Of a stretch of DNA of 64,000 nt, positions 1 to 9,415 are shown one piece after another. Below the pieces are notes generated by a model that was given only the letters and a program-made list of their open reading frames with translations, was not told the DNA's origin and ran no database searches. The stretch comes from a virus. The first letter of the stretch is position 1. Every line of letters starts with the position of its first letter. Location of the stretch: positions 11,421-75,420 of the IMG/VR virus record IMGVR_UViG_3300017989_005036; one strand, 5' to 3'. The position numbers and the translations under genes are program-made.

Positions 1-654
1 CTCCGGGGAACATCCAGCACAAAATCAAAGTGCTACCGAGAACGACAAAGTTTTTATTTTCTTCTGCCTGTTTTTTCAGATAGAAGTATCGTCCAAGAAA
101 CATAACTCCAAGAACGAGAAATAAGGTTGCGAGTAAAGACATATAAACCTCCTTGGTTTTAATTATCTATTGATTGATAGTCCTTTCACATATGTTGTTG
201 ATAAGGATAGCCGAACTTCTTGTAACGTTCTTCTCGCTCTTTGCGAAGTTTTTCTATTTTTCTTTTATCAATCTCTTCCTGAGAAAGTGGCTTTGGGATA
301 ATCGGTTTTTCTTTTTGGCAATCAGGTTTCTCTTCATGCTTTTGGAAAAAACGTTGATCCATTTCTTGATAGCGTTCGTTATATCTTTGGTAGTCGTTGT
401 ACATTTTCATGTGTGGAACAACAAATTGGCAATACGCCAAGAAGCCGCTGAATAAAATGAGCCAACCAATCAAAGATACAACAACAAAGATTGTAATCTT
501 GTTCAAAAAATCCTCCTTGAGTTTCAGATGAGGCAGATGCCAAAAAATGTGCACATGATAATTCTGACAATCCACCAAATGGCAACACCTAAAATTCCGA
601 AGCCAAGAATCCAATTTTTGAATTTCAGCAATGTATCGATTATTTTTTGCATTT

Positions 655-816
655 TCAGTCCTTTGAAAGGATCACATACAGAGCGTGGATCAATCCCGGA
701 AAATACCCGAAAATGGTCAGCAATATATTGATCCAAAAATGTACACCCAAACCGACTTGCAAAAGCACGCCGAGGGGTGGTATAAAGATGGAAAGGATGA
801 TTCTCAAAACATCCAT
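655..816 (-). CDS. yqaE: YqaE/Pmp3 (UPF0057) small membrane protein, 53 aa (not in ORF track)
   Basis: Hand translation MDVLRIILSIFIPPLGVLLQVGLGVHFWINILLTIFGYFPGLIHALYVILSKD matches the Pmp3 pattern (PPLGV...INILLT..GY.PG.IHA); GGAGG RBS upstream. Confidence 0.9.
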   Translation of the reverse strand: MDVLRIILSIFIPPLGVLLQVGLGVHFWINILLTIFGYFPGLIHALYVILSKD

Positions 817-1090
817 TTTTGGTCCTCCCAGTAAATCAATGTATATATTATTGATAGGAGCATTACAGTGCGTTATATCCTGATTCGATATTTTGCTTTT
901 GCTTATCTTGCTATGGGCATTTTCATTGGTGCCATGTGGGGTAATTTTGCAGAGAAAAATAAAACATTTTGGTTCATTGCTTGGTTGTTTAGCCCAATTT
1001 CTATCATCATTGTTTTTCTGTATTCCGCTGGATACACCCTTGCTACGCTGTTAGGTCTGACAAAAGAAGATTCAGATCCCTAAATAATGC

Positions 1091-1813
1091 ATGCTCAAAT
1101 CGTTGAATAAATGGATTAACGAAAACAATCTTCGAGGTGAATACTGGATTGATGAAGGTGGTGGCACCTATTACGCCGATGGTGATGTTGGTGATTACAA
1201 CCATGAAGCTCACGTAATCAACATTGTTTCACAAAGCGTTGCTGAACAACTTGAAGATTACGATGGAACTTATGACGAGGTTGACCTTGATCACCTTCTC
1301 AATTTTATCGATGAAAATGAACTGGAAGATCAAATAGACCCAAATGAACTGGAAGTTTTATACGGTTCAGTTGATGCTCGTGAATATGCCATGAAGCATT
1401 GGGGCTGGAAAAGAGTTGTCAACCATGATGTTGAAACATGGAATGCCTCACCAGCAGATTTAAAAACAATAGGGTCTGGTTTAGGTGACATTATGTCTCA
1501 AGAAGGCATATTTGATGCACCTGAAAATGTCATAAATCAAATGGAATTTTATGTGTATTCCTACGCTACCGGGCAATCAAAAACATACACATTGTCTCAA
1601 CTCGAAAACGGAGGCATGTCCCCGGATATGCCGACTATGCAATTACCTTCCCAAACAGCCATTGCAATGAAAAATCAGGGGCAAACCAATATTGCCCGCA
1701 ACCAATTGAAAGACATAGATCTGCAAGGCATGCACCCATATTATCAGGGAAAAACTTTTCCATTTGGTGATCACGTCATTGGTTTCAAACATTTTATGCA
1801 GATGTTCGACTAA
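1091..1813 (+). CDS. hypothetical acidic protein, candidate virion-internal protein
   Basis: 240 aa ORF, N-term KSLNKWINE, preceded by CTAAATA. Confidence 0.6.
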   Translation: MLKSLNKWINENNLRGEYWIDEGGGTYYADGDVGDYNHEAHVINIVSQSVAEQLEDYDGTYDEVDLDHLLNFIDENELEDQIDPNELEVLYGSVDAREYAMKHWGWKRVVNHDVETWNASPADLKTIGSGLGDIMSQEGIFDAPENVINQMEFYVYSYATGQSKTYTLSQLENGGMSPDMPTMQLPSQTAIAMKNQGQTNIARNQLKDIDLQGMHPYYQGKTFPFGDHVIGFKHFMQMFD

Positions 1814-2549
1814 TATAATGTCGCAACTCAATAACTAATAACAAGGTAACAGTTATTGGGGGAAAGATATGGCTTGGTGGAAATTCTGGAAGAGATTCCA
1901 GCATAAAGACACATTGCTTCCACACGAGCGTCTTCCTAGAAGGAGAAAAATGGACGCAGATGTAATTAGAACACGATTAGCTAACTTAGGATGGAACGTC
2001 AAGGAACTTCCTATTCGAGAAAAATTCGCTGGCAGTGGAGCACACAAAGTGATTATGTGGAAGCTTGTTGCAATTAAAGGTGACAGATCATTTGAAGTTG
2101 CAGGAAAAACTCTTCCTGAAGCTATGACAAATTTAGGACGCTCCCTTGGGGTAGTCCCACAAAATGCAAATTGATTCCATAAATACTTCCACACAAAGGA
2201 GGTGTATAATGGAAAAGAAAGAATTCATTTTTGGTTGGGGTGATCGCAAATTCACAGAAGATGAAATCAAGGTTTTACTTGATAAAATTGCGGCCTTCAA
2301 TTGTGGGGCCATCGACCAATATTTGACAAATCACATACATCGTGCATTTGAAGAATGGAAACAAGAAATGGAATAATACTCTTTACATTCATGTTTAATT
2401 TGAATATATAGAGTTAGCCGAGTGTTGATGAACATTTCGTATAAATGAAGCCCCATAAAGGCCAGAGTTCAACTCTGTTAACCACGGGGGAGGCGGCAGG
2501 AGAGATGTTTCTTAGCGCTGTAAAACGGTTCAATAAAACTGCCGTCTAT

Positions 2550-2582
2550 GAAGCCCTGTGAGATAATTCCTCACAGGGCTTC
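2550..2582 (+). terminator. 13-bp hairpin closing intergenic ncRNA candidate
   Basis: gaagccctgtgag-ataattc-ctcacagggcttc perfect inverted repeat. Confidence 0.6.
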
Positions 2583-2593
2583 TCCTTTATACC

Positions 2594-4021
2594 ATGAACA
2601 TCTGGGGCATTACAGCTACAACTCACGACGCATCTTTATCTGTCATCGAAGATGGTGAGATTCTTTTCGCAGCACACTCTGAGAGATACTCCAAAAAGAA
2701 GTTCGACCCAGAGCTGAATTTCGACATCATCATTGATGCGATGCAATATGGTAAACCCGACGTTGTTTGTTTCTATGAAAATACATGGAAAAAGAAGTGG
2801 AGACAAATTCGATGCGGAAATTTCTCTTACGCTTTCAATCGACAGAAGCTTCCTCGAAACTACCTGAAGCAATTCGGTATCAAAGCTCCCATAAAATACA
2901 CAGATCACCACTTGTCGCACGCAGCAGCAGGTTACTACACATCGTCATTCGATGATTGCGTTGCCGTCGTAATCGATTCTGTTGGTGAGTTCCAAACAAT
3001 GTCGATCTGGGATGTCAAAGATGGCCAGTTCTCCCTGAAACATGAAATGAACTTCCCTCACTCAATTGGCCTTCTGTATTCAGCGTTCACCAAGAGGTGC
3101 GGTCTCAAACCCAACAGCGAAGAATATATTCTCATGGGAATGGCTGCTTATGGACAACCAATGCATGTTGATGACATTGCCAATGATTTTCTTTGTGATT
3201 GGATGCCAAACAAAGATATTCATTGTGGAATTGGAGACTGGAAGCCCGAGGCCAAGAAAGAAGATTTGGCAGCAAGTATTCAGATCGTCTGCCAAAAACA
3301 AATTGAACAGGCGATGAACCTCGCCAGACGGTATTCCAAGAACTTGGTTTACATGGGCGGTGTGGCACTGAACTGTTTGGCGAATTCCACCATTGAGGAC
3401 TTCGACAATATTTGGATTATGCCGAATCCCGGTGATGCAGGATCATCTTTGGGTGCAGCAGCTTATCACTACGGACAAAAGTTAAACTGGAAAGGGCCTT
3501 ATCTGGGAACAGACATTCCGGGCAATTACAGTTGCGAAGAAGCCTGCGACAGACTTTTGAAAGGTGAAATCATAGGTGTTGCAAACGGCAGGGCAGAGTT
3601 TGGCCCTAGAGCTTTTGGAAACAGGTCATTGTTGGCTGATCCGAGATCACATGACATGAAAGATCAAGTCAATGTGATCAAGAGGAGACAAAAGTTCCGT
3701 CCGTTTGCTCCATCGGTGTTGGCTGAACATGCTGAGGATTGGTTTGAGATCAATCATCCTTCTCGATACATGCAGTTTGTATCGAAGTGCAAGAGATCAG
3801 ATGATGTCCCTGCGATTTGCCATGTTGATGGAACTTCTCGGGTTCAAACTGTGTCTCGAAATGACAACGCCAAATACCACGAACTTTTGAGTTTATTTTT
3901 TGAGAAGACGGGTTGCCCAATGTTGCTGAACACGAGCCTGAACATTCGAGGGATGCCATTGGTCAACGATGAAAGAGATGCAAGGATGTTCTCTGAAAGA
4001 TACAATGTTGTTGTGTTTTGA
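2594..4021 (+). CDS. CmcH/NodU/TobZ-family O-carbamoyltransferase
   Basis: HDAS..., ERYSKKK, HHLSHAA, GGVALNC, PNPGDAGSSLGAA, EFGPRAFGNRS, RPFAP, HVDGTSRVQTV, LNTSLN motifs. Confidence 0.93.
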   Translation: MNIWGITATTHDASLSVIEDGEILFAAHSERYSKKKFDPELNFDIIIDAMQYGKPDVVCFYENTWKKKWRQIRCGNFSYAFNRQKLPRNYLKQFGIKAPIKYTDHHLSHAAAGYYTSSFDDCVAVVIDSVGEFQTMSIWDVKDGQFSLKHEMNFPHSIGLLYSAFTKRCGLKPNSEEYILMGMAAYGQPMHVDDIANDFLCDWMPNKDIHCGIGDWKPEAKKEDLAASIQIVCQKQIEQAMNLARRYSKNLVYMGGVALNCLANSTIEDFDNIWIMPNPGDAGSSLGAAAYHYGQKLNWKGPYLGTDIPGNYSCEEACDRLLKGEIIGVANGRAEFGPRAFGNRSLLADPRSHDMKDQVNVIKRRQKFRPFAPSVLAEHAEDWFEINHPSRYMQFVSKCKRSDDVPAICHVDGTSRVQTVSRNDNAKYHELLSLFFEKTGCPMLLNTSLNIRGMPLVNDERDARMFSERYNVVVF

Positions 4022-4044
4022 TTCGATTTTGATACAATGAAATG

Positions 4045-4278
4045 AATCCCCCATGTCATCGCAGCACTCCCAGAGGGTGTTGAGGAAGGTCAGGGCATCA
4101 TTGCTTAAAGTGGGAGAGTTCGCTCGTCAATACCACTGAGGATGCAATCCCAAGCAGGCTGAGCAGGTGAGCAATGCTATGAAAGCCGGGTGAGGAGCAG
4201 CGGCAAACCCGCAAGGGACCGCCAGTGAAAGCTGAGATAAATGATGGCACACGACAGAACCCTGCCTATCGGGGGATT
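4045..4278 (+). ncRNA. rnpB: minimal RNase P RNA (catalytic domain, S-domain nearly absent)
   Basis: CR-I GAGGAAGGUCAGGGC (4082-4096) and CR-V ACAGAACCCUGCCUAU (4254-4269) form P4 with compensatory changes relative to the usual AAGUCCGGG/CCCGGCUU; P1 aatccccc/gggggatt; P2 tgtcatc/gatggca; P3 hairpin; P5 gcatc/gatgc; CR-IV AGAUAAAUGA; extended -10 TGaTACAAT at 4030-4038. Confidence 0.9.
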
Positions 4279-4294
4279 TTTTGACAAACAAGAT

Positions 4295-4438
4295 TTGAAA
4301 GAAGCCATTGATAATCACATTCGTGTTCTAAGTGATTTTCGAAGCACATTGTTTTTAGACCCAAATTTTCTTGACCAAATAATGAACGATCATCCCAAAC
4401 GACCAATTGAAAAAATTGATTGGAAACAAGGCTTTTAA
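4295..4438 (+). CDS. small protein with C-terminal IDWKQGF motif
   Basis: ORF track 4241..4438 overlaps the RNase P RNA, so the start was moved to an in-frame TTG (uncertain). Confidence 0.5.
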   Translation: MKEAIDNHIRVLSDFRSTLFLDPNFLDQIMNDHPKRPIEKIDWKQGF

Positions 4439-4502
4439 AATGGAAAACGAAGAACAATGATGTGCAAGCTAAAAATTAGACCACCAATTATGGACAAGTA
4501 AC

Positions 4503-4856
4503 ATGAAGAAAATTGAACGCCAAGGAACAGAAACTTTAACTATACAAAACTGCCCTTGTTGCAATGGAGAGATTGAAGTCAGTGAATGTGGTTATTCAAG
4601 TTTCAATCCCGGAACAGCAAAGTGTGTTGGAAAATGCAAACGTAAATGGGATCTTGGTTATGTGAATAATGAATGGGATTGTGGCGAAAGGTGGAATGAA
4701 CTTTCCCGAGAAATTAAGCGAAAACTAAAAGCTTTCAAATTACTGGAAGTCAATAATACACTCGCTTCTTCACGTGATTTTGAACGTGAAGCTTTAGCAG
4801 AAGAAGCTGAGCTACTTTTAAAAGAACTTGAAGAACAAATCATTGATGCTTCTTAA
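4503..4856 (+). CDS. hypothetical Cys-rich (zinc-binding) protein
   Basis: CPCC...C..KC motifs. Confidence 0.5.
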   Translation: MKKIERQGTETLTIQNCPCCNGEIEVSECGYSSFNPGTAKCVGKCKRKWDLGYVNNEWDCGERWNELSREIKRKLKAFKLLEVNNTLASSRDFEREALAEEAELLLKELEEQIIDAS

Positions 4857-5242
4857 CCAACTTTTTGCTTCCACATATCAGCATTCCAATGAATAGCAGG
4901 AACACTGGTTGTTCTCATTTTGTTATCAGACCCAATGATGTCTGCAACTTTTTGCCAATCTTCAAATGGCGGAAATTTAGGTTCTGGAGTTAATTCTTTC
5001 TCTCCTTGATAGAATCTCATGTTAAGTTTAGGGTTGGTACTGGGAGCATTGATCCAACCATTTTTAGTCAATAAGCTCACGCCGGTAATTGATGGTTTTT
5101 TATCTGCGTAAGCTCCCCACAATTCTATTCTCAAGTCAATTATTTTGACCTCTTGCGGACCATTACCGATATCTATCGTAACTGGTTCATCAAAATGGAT
5201 ATAACCATCTTCGTTCAATATTAGCCATTCCTTGAAGTTCAT
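4853..5242 (-). CDS. hypothetical protein with MNFKEWL N-terminus
   Basis: ORF with recurring N-terminal motif; TATATA just upstream. Confidence 0.6.
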   Translation of the reverse strand: MNFKEWLILNEDGYIHFDEPVTIDIGNGPQEVKIIDLRIELWGAYADKKPSITGVSLLTKNGWINAPSTNPKLNMRFYQGEKELTPEPKFPPFEDWQKVADIIGSDNKMRTTSVPAIHWNADMWKQKVG

Positions 5243-5656
5243 AGGAATATATACATACGATATGTCCGAATTTGCTCCTCAACTTATACCGAAGACTTGG
5301 TATGTCTACGATTTTCCGTTGACAGCCACAAAACCGCATCCTTCTACAGCCACTTATGGTGGGTCTAGAACAGATGCTTTGATCAAAAGTGCTGCAACGA
5401 TGCTCAGCATAGATCCAGAACGTGTTACGCTCCGATACGACAACAATAAACCTGATAGATCTGATCAAATTGATGTGACGTATGGTGGAAACCCTAAAGC
5501 ATGTTCCGTAAAGCCAAAACATCCTGAATTGCCGGGGACAAATCCTATGGCAAAATATAACAAAAGAGCAAAGAGATCAAAAACGCTTAAGAAATTTCAA
5601 GACAACTCTCCAGCAAACATTGAATATTTTCAACCATTTAATCCTTGTGATGCTTT

Positions 5657-5911
5657 TTAATCTTGAATCATTTGATCATCAGTCGTATTTGACACAACAT
5701 CAGCAATTATATTTGAAGACCGAACGTCGGAAGTGGGCTCTGATTTCTTTTTTTCGCTTGCCCATACCTGTGACAGCATCCAACCAATAGCAGTAAAATA
5801 AGCAGCGGTAATGATCCCAATCCACTCAAGATAGAGAAAACTATACCATCCCATTACGGCAGCCATGCCGATTATAACAAGTGTTTGAAAAAGCTTCCAC
5901 AATGTTTTCAT
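5657..5911 (-). CDS. small two-TM membrane protein
   Basis: two hydrophobic segments; GGAGG RBS. Confidence 0.6.
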   Translation of the reverse strand: MKTLWKLFQTLVIIGMAAVMGWYSFLYLEWIGIITAAYFTAIGWMLSQVWASEKKKSEPTSDVRSSNIIADVVSNTTDDQMIQD

Positions 5912-6048
5912 GATCCTCCTTGAACGGATGCGGAACCACTTATGTTAACTCCACCAGTTGCTTTTATTGAAACAACTGGTTTCTTTTTTCTTTTGAACCT
6001 ACGAGAACGACCTCGTGATCCACCTCTACTTCTGCCGCACCCACACAT
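5908..6048 (-). CDS. 46-aa basic Arg/Gly-rich protein (not in ORF track)
   Basis: MCGCGRSRGGSRGRSRRFKRKKKPVV...; stop overlaps next ATG (ATGA); CTAGATA upstream. Confidence 0.55.
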   Translation of the reverse strand: MCGCGRSRGGSRGRSRRFKRKKKPVVSIKATGGVNISGSASVQGGS

Positions 6049-6067
6049 GAAAATATCTAGGTGTTAT

Positions 6068-6346
6068 TTAGAAGCCTTCCAAAAGCCAATTTTGGTTTGA
6101 AGGTTTCACAAAACAATTGCTCATTGCCCCTAAAATTTCACGCCAATTAGGCCCAAGATTTTTCTCTATACGAGAACTCCAAAAGTCATTTCTTTCATTG
6201 AGGGTCATTTCTTGAAATTCTTCTGGTTCAGGAAAGGTACCGGAAATTGCAAAAACCTTCAAAAACTCATCTGAGACTTCTCCTTTTTGGTGACGAGCCA
6301 CAATTGAATTTGCCATTTTTGTGGTCAAAACCCCTCCTTCTTCCAT
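6068..6346 (-). CDS. small protein with C-terminal NWLLEGF motif
   Basis: ORF track; true start probably ~6316. Confidence 0.6.
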   Translation of the reverse strand: MEEGGVLTTKMANSIVARHQKGEVSDEFLKVFAISGTFPEPEEFQEMTLNERNDFWSSRIEKNLGPNWREILGAMSNCFVKPSNQNWLLEGF

Positions 6347-6459
6347 GCTACATTTACAGGTTTTAATTCTAACGGAGTTCCTTCAATACAAGGAACAGAA
6401 CCTTGTTCAATAAAAACATCCAAGATATCATTTATCCGTCTTAATTCTTCTTCATGCAT
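6325..6459 (-). CDS. 44-aa protein with C-terminal VAWKKEGF motif (not in ORF track)
   Basis: Hand translation MHEEELRRINDILDVFIEQGSVPCIEGTPLELKPVNVAWKKEGF*; TATATA upstream. Confidence 0.65.
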   Translation of the reverse strand: MHEEELRRINDILDVFIEQGSVPCIEGTPLELKPVNVAWKKEGF

Positions 6460-6475
6460 TTCCAATATATAGGGA

Positions 6476-6673
6476 TCAAAACCCATCCTTCTGCCAATTT
6501 ACTTTATTAACAGAGAAAGGCAGATGGGGGATTTGTACGACAATTCCAGAAACTTCTGGATTATCTGATGTTCGCCAACCATATCTCAAAGATAGTGGCG
6601 TTGTTTCTTCCCGCCGACGATCAACAATGTCTTGACGGGTCAATTGGAGCGGATTTTGTCGATGATTAAACAC
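6476..6673 (-). CDS. small protein with C-terminal VNWQKDGF motif
   Basis: ORF track. Confidence 0.6.
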   Translation of the reverse strand: MFNHRQNPLQLTRQDIVDRRREETTPLSLRYGWRTSDNPEVSGIVVQIPHLPFSVNKVNWQKDGF

Positions 6674-6686
6674 ATGTTATGTAGAC

Positions 6687-7304
6687 TTAATGAGCCAATG
6701 TGTTTTTGATCAACTTTTCTGCATTGAAGAGACGACCACGCTGAAAATCAGGTCGTACAATTTTGTACCGATTTGTAATCCATTTGCCATTACAAACCTT
6801 TACATAGATGCCTTCACGAAGGCCAGTGCCGCCAAATGAAGCAGGTTTTTCTATTAAATCAATATATCCTGAAAAATCTTTATTTAAAGGTATTTCAGAG
6901 AGCTTAGGAGACGTACTAAAGCCAGATTCCTGAAGAGCCCTTCGAGCCATTCTTGGTGAATAAAAATCATTATTTGAATGAAGAAATAAATCAAAAGCAA
7001 TTAACCACGATGGAAGCTCTGTGTATTCCATTCCATGTTGCATGACCATCCATTCGCCATAAACGCTACATGGTCCTACAAGCTCTTCCAGAGCCTCAAA
7101 TTGGCTTTTATGATCGTAGACCCAGTTCCAGATACTGGCAAATTGTCGTTGTGAAGAAGCCTGAGAAGGATTTCGGCCTTTTCGGAGGATTTTATCTTTG
7201 ATCCGAATTTTAGGATGCCCTTCGTGGAAGCACATTCCTACCATAGCACCATCAATTTTTTCCTCCACATTCACATACCCAATTGGATCACAAAGACGTT
7301 TTAT
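6687..7304 (-). pseudogene. ATP-dependent RNA ligase family, 3' part (interrupted by IS)
   Basis: nucleotidyltransferase motifs EEKIDG, YGEW, AFD, REGIYVK, YKIVRPDF. Confidence 0.8.
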
Positions 7305-7458
7305 CCCTAAAGCGGCGTGAAAACCCCTACCAATTCTAAAAAAGAATTGGCTGGTCATAAGCGAAGCGACCGAAGGGAGCAAGCATGACCAGCCCTTTAG
7401 GGTAGGGGATGAAACGCCGTGAGCTAGAAATGGTCTAAAAATGGGTTTCACCTAACCG

Positions 7459-7731
7459 CTAATCAACTGATCTTACGGTTGGTTCACACTCGACAACATC
7501 CATTCCGTTAGAAGTTGCCTCAAAGTCTTTTCCTTCTTCCCTACCATACAACTTCCACAACGTATCCTGATATTGCTGCTCATCGCAGTCAGGGTTTGTC
7601 TCTTGGAAGTGCCGCTTCCCAATATGGCTTTCCATGTATTCTCTAAGACGAACCACTGCTTCACCTTCATCCTTGCCCACAGGACCGTTCACGCCAGCAA
7701 TGGTTGCTACAAATTTTACACTCATGTTCAT
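7459..7731 (-). CDS. IS passenger hypothetical protein (90 aa)
   Basis: ORF inside the IS ends, downstream of tnpA, with AAGGAG RBS. Confidence 0.65.
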   Translation of the reverse strand: MNMSVKFVATIAGVNGPVGKDEGEAVVRLREYMESHIGKRHFQETNPDCDEQQYQDTLWKLYGREEGKDFEATSNGMDVVECEPTVRSVD

Positions 7732-7740
7732 ACTCCTTAT

Positions 7741-8148
7741 TTAGCCTTGTTCTTCAATGTATTGTCTAATCGTATCGGTCGAGGCATCGCCTGTCGTGCA
7801 GACAAAGTATCCATCACTCCAAAACGTCTTCTCATTCCAGAAGTGCCGAGACAAGAATGTATCAAATTTCTTCCAGATATGGAATGTTGATTGCGACTTC
7901 AACCGATTGACTATATCGAACGCAGACAAGGTTGGCGGTGCATCTACCAGAACGTGGATGTGATCTTTGTCCGTTTCGAGAACATCAATCGTAAAACCCG
8001 ACTTCTCAGCGATCTCATAGAACAATCTCTTGATCTCATCATCAATTACCTTCGTCCAGAGCAATTTCTTACGATACTTCACACAAAAGACGAAATGATA
8101 TTTCATCAAGTATTTGCTGTGCGAGCCGTGATGATATTTTTTCTCCAT
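7741..8148 (-). CDS. tnpA: IS200/IS605 Y1 HUH transposase
   Basis: YHFVFCVKYR, DHIH (HUH), LKSQS, FWSDGYF, YIEEQ. Confidence 0.95.
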   Translation of the reverse strand: MEKKYHHGSHSKYLMKYHFVFCVKYRKKLLWTKVIDDEIKRLFYEIAEKSGFTIDVLETDKDHIHVLVDAPPTLSAFDIVNRLKSQSTFHIWKKFDTFLSRHFWNEKTFWSDGYFVCTTGDASTDTIRQYIEEQG

Positions 8149-8228
8149 TTTGTCCTCAGAAATTTTGAGCCAACATACTACATAATTATGCCCAAGAAGA
8201 ATTATAGCATAATTGGTGGTAAAAAGGA

Positions 8229-9398
8229 ATGGCTCATTACACTTACAAGTTCAGACTCTATCCTAATAAAGAACAGCAACGACGGTTCGCTGCTCACTTT
8301 GGTTGCGTCCGCTTTGTGTATAACCACTTCCTTGATGAACGTAAAACTGCTTATGAGCAAAATGGCGAGAGTCCAAACTACTATGACCAAGCGGCAACGC
8401 TCACTAAGTTGAAGAAAGAAAAAACTTGGTTGAAGGAAACTAATAGTCAAGTATTGCAATTCTCGCTCAAATGTTTGCAGGCAGCATACAACAACTTCTT
8501 TGCGAAACGAGCGAAGTTTCCTCGTTTTCACGCCAAGAAAAACAAGCAATCGTTCACTATTCCACAACATGTCAAAGTTCAAGATGGCAAGTTGTATTTT
8601 CCGAAGTTTAGTGATGGAGTGAAAGTCAAGCTACATCGCCAGATTGATGGAGAAATCAAACATGCTACGGTCAGCAAGAATTGTGCTGGTCAATACTTTG
8701 TCTGTATTCTTGTAGAACGAAACATCAAATCACTTCCCAAATTAAAGAGAGAAGTGGGAATTGATCTTGGTATTACTGCATTGGCAACACCTTCTGTCGG
8801 CAAGGCGTATGAGAACATCCGACCTTACAAGACATTGCAACGAAAGTTGCGAAAGTTGGACAAGGACTTAGACCGCAAGGAACTTGGCAGCAAGAACCGA
8901 GAAAAAGCACGGCTCAAACTGGCTCGCCTACATAACAAGATAGCAAACATTCGTAATGACCACTTACACAAAGTTAGTCGCCAGATAGTTGATGAAAACC
9001 AAGTCATTTGTCTGGAAGACCTGAATGTGAAGGGCATGATGAAGAACCGTTGTCTTGCAAAATCAATCGCCGATGTATCGCTGTCGGAATTGGTTAGACA
9101 GATTGAATACAAGGCTGGCTGGTATGGTCGGCAAGTAATCAAAATAGATCGTTGGTTTCCGTCGAGTAAGATGTGTTCATCTTGCGGATATGTGATGGAA
9201 ACATTACCATTAGATGTTCGTTCGTGGTGTTGTCCTCGTTGTGAAAGTAAACATAACCGAGACAAGAATGCAGCGAAGAATATCTTGGTTGAAGGAAAAA
9301 GAACCGTAGGAACTACGGAGTTAGCCTGTGGACTTGGCGTAAGACTTGAGAGCAATCGAAAGCGGCTAAGGGTGAAGCAGGAAGCCCCGACCCTTTAG
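8229..9398 (+). CDS. tnpB: TnpB RNA-guided endonuclease
   Basis: YKFRLYP, GCVRFVYN, GIDLG (RuvC I), LEDL (RuvC II), CSSC...CPRC zinc ribbon, RDKNAAKNI (RuvC III). Confidence 0.96.
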   Translation: MAHYTYKFRLYPNKEQQRRFAAHFGCVRFVYNHFLDERKTAYEQNGESPNYYDQAATLTKLKKEKTWLKETNSQVLQFSLKCLQAAYNNFFAKRAKFPRFHAKKNKQSFTIPQHVKVQDGKLYFPKFSDGVKVKLHRQIDGEIKHATVSKNCAGQYFVCILVERNIKSLPKLKREVGIDLGITALATPSVGKAYENIRPYKTLQRKLRKLDKDLDRKELGSKNREKARLKLARLHNKIANIRNDHLHKVSRQIVDENQVICLEDLNVKGMMKNRCLAKSIADVSLSELVRQIEYKAGWYGRQVIKIDRWFPSSKMCSSCGYVMETLPLDVRSWCCPRCESKHNRDKNAAKNILVEGKRTVGTTELACGLGVRLESNRKRLRVKQEAPTL

Positions 9399-9415
9399 GG
9401 TCGTGGGTAGTTCAC

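Larger units (their letters stand above)
7305..9415 (+). mobile_element. IS200/IS605-family element (tnpA, tnpB, cargo ORF), ~2.1 kb
   Basis: Inserted after TTAT (7301-7304); left-end hairpin ggcgtgaaaacccctacc...gggtaggggatgaaacgcc; right end gaagccccgaccctttagggtcgtgggtagttcac; removing it restores the ligase frame (...RDAS|IKRLC...). Confidence 0.9.

Noticed and set aside
2411-2485. tRNA or hammerhead ribozyme
   Set aside because: The T-like loop is only 5 nt and there is no convincing cloverleaf; the hammerhead core deviates (UUGAUGA, GAAG).
4241-4294. N-terminal part of ORF 4241..4438, and ORF 4127..4318
   Set aside because: They overlap the conserved RNase P core.
7305-9415. IStron (group I intron-IS hybrid)
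   Set aside because: tnpB is antisense to the interrupted gene and no group I core was recognised; the non-coding left end is only ~150 nt.
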